The notes beneath the pieces were generated by a model that searched no databases, was not told the DNA's origin, and worked only from the letters and a program-made list of their open reading frames with translations. DNA of 32,000 nucleotides from Patescibacteria group bacterium (GTDB lineage: Bacteria > Patescibacteriota > Patescibacteriia > 2-01-FULL-39-33): assembly GCA_041662745.1 (NCBI GenBank), contig JBAZRV010000001.1:90001-122000 (forward strand), written 5' to 3'. The translations under genes were made by a program, and so were the position numbers. Position 1 is the stretch's first letter; each line of letters starts with the position of its first letter. This document shows, piece by piece, positions 30,014 through 32,000 of this stretch.

Positions 30014-32000
30014 TTAATCTTTTAAGTTAGGATTGTATCTAAATAAAGCTTCTCGGCCGTCTTTATAACCATCGCCGTCACTGTCGGCATTAGCCGGTTG
30101 AGTATTATAGATGTTAGTCTCATCGCTATCGGCCAGACCATCTTTATCGCTATCAATAAAACCGGCATCGTTCCTGATATAATCATTCTCAAAGCTTGAT
30201 TGGATAATGATTAATCGGTTCTTCCATTTTTCCCCAAAAATATCAGCTGCTTCCTGCTCGCTAATATATTTCAAATTATTATTGCCAAAAACCATGTAAA
30301 CTCTGGGACTATTATCAAAACTAATCAAGTTTGATCCGGGATTAGCCCTAACATGATCCCCTTCGGTTAACGCATCAAAGGTTGCTTGGTTGATTACTTC
30401 TACTTTTTGTTGCGCCCAAGCGCCGGTATGCCAAGTCCAATAAGTCGCCTCGTTAACATATAAATGCCTTTTATTATCGTCAGTCACATGATAAACAGCT
30501 GGATTGTTTGCTACTTTTATCATTCTGCCGGCAGTATAAATTCCCTTCCCAACCGTTGAAGCCGTCGAACTGCTTTCAATAATTGAACTGCCACACGGCT
30601 GGCTCTCGGCCGGCCTCGTGCTGTTTTGTTTACAGCCGTGACTATCGGTGCAGGTTCTAATCTGCGTACCATTAGAACAAGCCATCCAAGCCGTGCAACC
30701 CCACTTAGGCGTACAGGCTGAAGCGCAGGTTTGAGAAAGCGCCGGCCTATTGGCAACCGTACCGCAACTGCTTGAATCGGCGCATGTTCTGGTTTGATTA
30801 TTGCCGGAACAAGCAGACCAAGAGCCACAAGTCCAATTTTCCGTACAATCCGATCCGCTTGAAGCGCAGGTTTGAGAAAGTGCCGGTCTGTTGGCAACCG
30901 TACCGCAACCATTACTGTCAGTGCAGGTCCTGATCTGGCTATTATTAGAACAAGCAGACCAAGAACCACAAGTCCAATTTTCCGTGCAACCGGAAGCTGT
31001 CGTTGGTTTGATTTTAATTGCAATATCCTTTGAGAAACTGGGTATTGATCCGGTTAATACTCCGCCGACGGTCTGAACCTGCCCCTCGCTAATCAAACCG
31101 CCCGTTCCCCAAGTATTATAATATTGTATTTTGTAAGTACCGGCGCTAAGGCCGGGTAAAGTGAAAGTAGTATTGCTTATAACTCCATTGTTTTCTAATC
31201 CATACTGACTCCCGATATCATAAACCCATAAGTAAGCGGAATTATTTCCAACTAAACTGATATTTTGCAAAATATGAGAATTAAAAGCAACTGAAGTGGG
31301 ACAGCTGAAAGAATAATCTTTGATATAAAACCAATCGCGGCCGGTATTTTTAACCTGGATTGTGTGTGTTCCGGCCGGGATAGAAGCCTCCAATTCCAGA
31401 TTTGAGGCTCCGGCGGCCGGCGCCAATGAGGCAGCCACCACCCCATCAACCAAAATCTCCATGCTGCTCGGCAAATAAGCGTAATTGGAAACAGAGGGAA
31501 TAATAAGCTTGATAGTTGCCGGCGCATCAAAATTTGTATGAAAAATTGGATCGGAACGAAGGCTTTCTTGGATTGTTCCATGGAGATTAACGGTCATTTT
31601 TTCAAAATCTTCTATTTGCCCGTACTGATCAACATTAAATATTCGCTGTTGAGGCACATCATAAAAATTAATAAGGCCGGGAAGATTAGAACGAACAACA
31701 GTCTCTCTGGCCATCGTTTGAGTGGTTACCTGCACCTCAGTATTTATAAGGCCCTCATCGCCCCAAGTCTCGCCGTCCATAAAAAGGAATGGCGGTTTGA
31801 AAAGTTGATATAACCTTAAACTGCCACCGACATAAGAGGCGTACCAAATATGGGCTGATGATTTTAAAAACAACGATTCCCATATAATATTATGAAGATG
31901 CAATCCTTCCGCTAATTGCGAACGATACGGTTCGGAGAAGGAAGAATAAGTGAGTTCCGGCGCGTCATCGTCAGCTCCTAAACCAAATTCACCCGTAAAA
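30014..32000 (-). CDS. large secreted/surface protein (N-terminus beyond the window) with three thrombospondin-type-1-like Cys repeats and C-terminal thrombospondin-type-3-like Ca-binding repeats
   Basis: The track starts it at a TTG (31903), but the frame stays open to the window edge (upstream in-frame translation FTGEFGLGADDDAPELTYSSFSEPYRSQLAEG-LHLHNII...). The gene is therefore 5'-partial. It contains 3 x ~41-aa units C(T)ENWTCGSWSACSxxxQxRTCxDSxxCGTVANRPALSQTC and a C-terminal DSDKDGLADSDE...DSDGDGYKDGRE. Confidence 0.75.
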   Translation of the reverse strand, partial: FTGEFGLGADDDAPELTYSSFSEPYRSQLAEGLHLHNIIWESLFLKSSAHIWYASYVGGSLRLYQLFKPPFLFMDGETWGDEGLINTEVQVTTQTMARETVVRSNLPGLINFYDVPQQRIFNVDQYGQIEDFEKMTVNLHGTIQESLRSDPIFHTNFDAPATIKLIIPSVSNYAYLPSSMEILVDGVVAASLAPAAGASNLELEASIPAGTHTIQVKNTGRDWFYIKDYSFSCPTSVAFNSHILQNISLVGNNSAYLWVYDIGSQYGLENNGVISNTTFTLPGLSAGTYKIQYYNTWGTGGLISEGQVQTVGGVLTGSIPSFSKDIAIKIKPTTASGCTENWTCGSWSACSNNSQIRTCTDSNGCGTVANRPALSQTCASSGSDCTENWTCGSWSACSGNNQTRTCADSSSCGTVANRPALSQTCASACTPKWGCTAWMACSNGTQIRTCTDSHGCKQNSTRPAESQPCGSSIIESSSTASTVGKGIYTAGRMIKVANNPAVYHVTDDNKRHLYVNEATYWTWHTGAWAQQKVEVINQATFDALTEGDHVRANPGSNLISFDNSPRVYMVFGNNNLKYISEQEAADIFGEKWKNRLIIIQSSFENDYIRNDAGFIDSDKDGLADSDETNIYNTQPANADSDGDGYKDGREALFRYNPNLKD
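30593..30988 (-). repeat. three tandem ~135-bp coding repeats (TSP1-like modules)
   Basis: Protein residues 306-346, 353-393 and 397-437 (numbered from the TTG). Copies 1 and 2 are near-identical at the protein level (CTENWTCGSWSACS(N/G)N(S/N)Q(I/T)RTC(T/A)DS..CGTVANRPALSQTCAS); copy 3 is diverged. Confidence 0.85.

Noticed and set aside
30520-31581. Alternate-frame ORFs on the same (minus) strand inside the surface-protein gene (30520-31023, 167 aa; 31252-31581, 109 aa).
   Set aside because: They are out-of-frame readings of the Cys-repeat and beta-rich coding regions. The main frame is continuous for more than 660 codons, whereas these are Arg/Leu-rich shadow frames without start signals.

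Overview
This 32-kb window looks like part of a small, streamlined bacterial genome of the Patescibacteria/CPR type. That placement is an inference from three things: a 23S-5S rRNA operon with no adjacent 16S, two LAGLIDADG-encoding intervening sequences inside the 23S gene, and many small membrane or hypothetical proteins. All calls come from by-eye motif recognition and hand folding or translation; no searches were run. Layout: (i) 1-7.0 kb, minus strand: a histidine-phosphatase-like gene running off the left edge, tRNA-Ser(CGA), then an envelope-glycan set (O-antigen-ligase-like protein, Wzx-type flippase, clan GH-A hydrolase, EamA transporter, GerMN protein). (ii) 7.0-8.7 kb: tRNA-Gly(UCC) whose 3' end plus terminator is duplicated 211 bp away, then four small Cys-rich ORFs. 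(iii) 8.8-14.2 kb, minus strand: 5S rRNA and an intron-interrupted 23S rRNA, driven by a perfect consensus promoter with a boxA-like element and an intrinsic terminator inside a ~565-nt leader. (iv) 14.5-24.5 kb, plus strand: a separately transcribed membrane protein gene, then a seven-gene operon. The operon is centred on a divergent classical AAA+ ATPase with a 436-aa coiled-coil protein, two large proteins sharing an N-terminal FGQGL motif, and three membrane proteins. None resembles a system I can name, so this is the best candidate for an undescribed system. (v) 24.6-32 kb: a DnaQ-like exonuclease, a 35-aa Lys/Ala micro-ORF, an EndoQ-like PHP nuclease, an operon of Zn-ribbon protein, Pro/Arg/Ser-repeat lipoprotein and 2-TM protein, an NRS/ER-like sugar-nucleotide reductase, tRNA-Pro(GGG) preceded by a 215-bp tandem array of tRNA 5'-half pseudo-copies, and a large surface protein with thrombospondin-like repeats running off the right edge.
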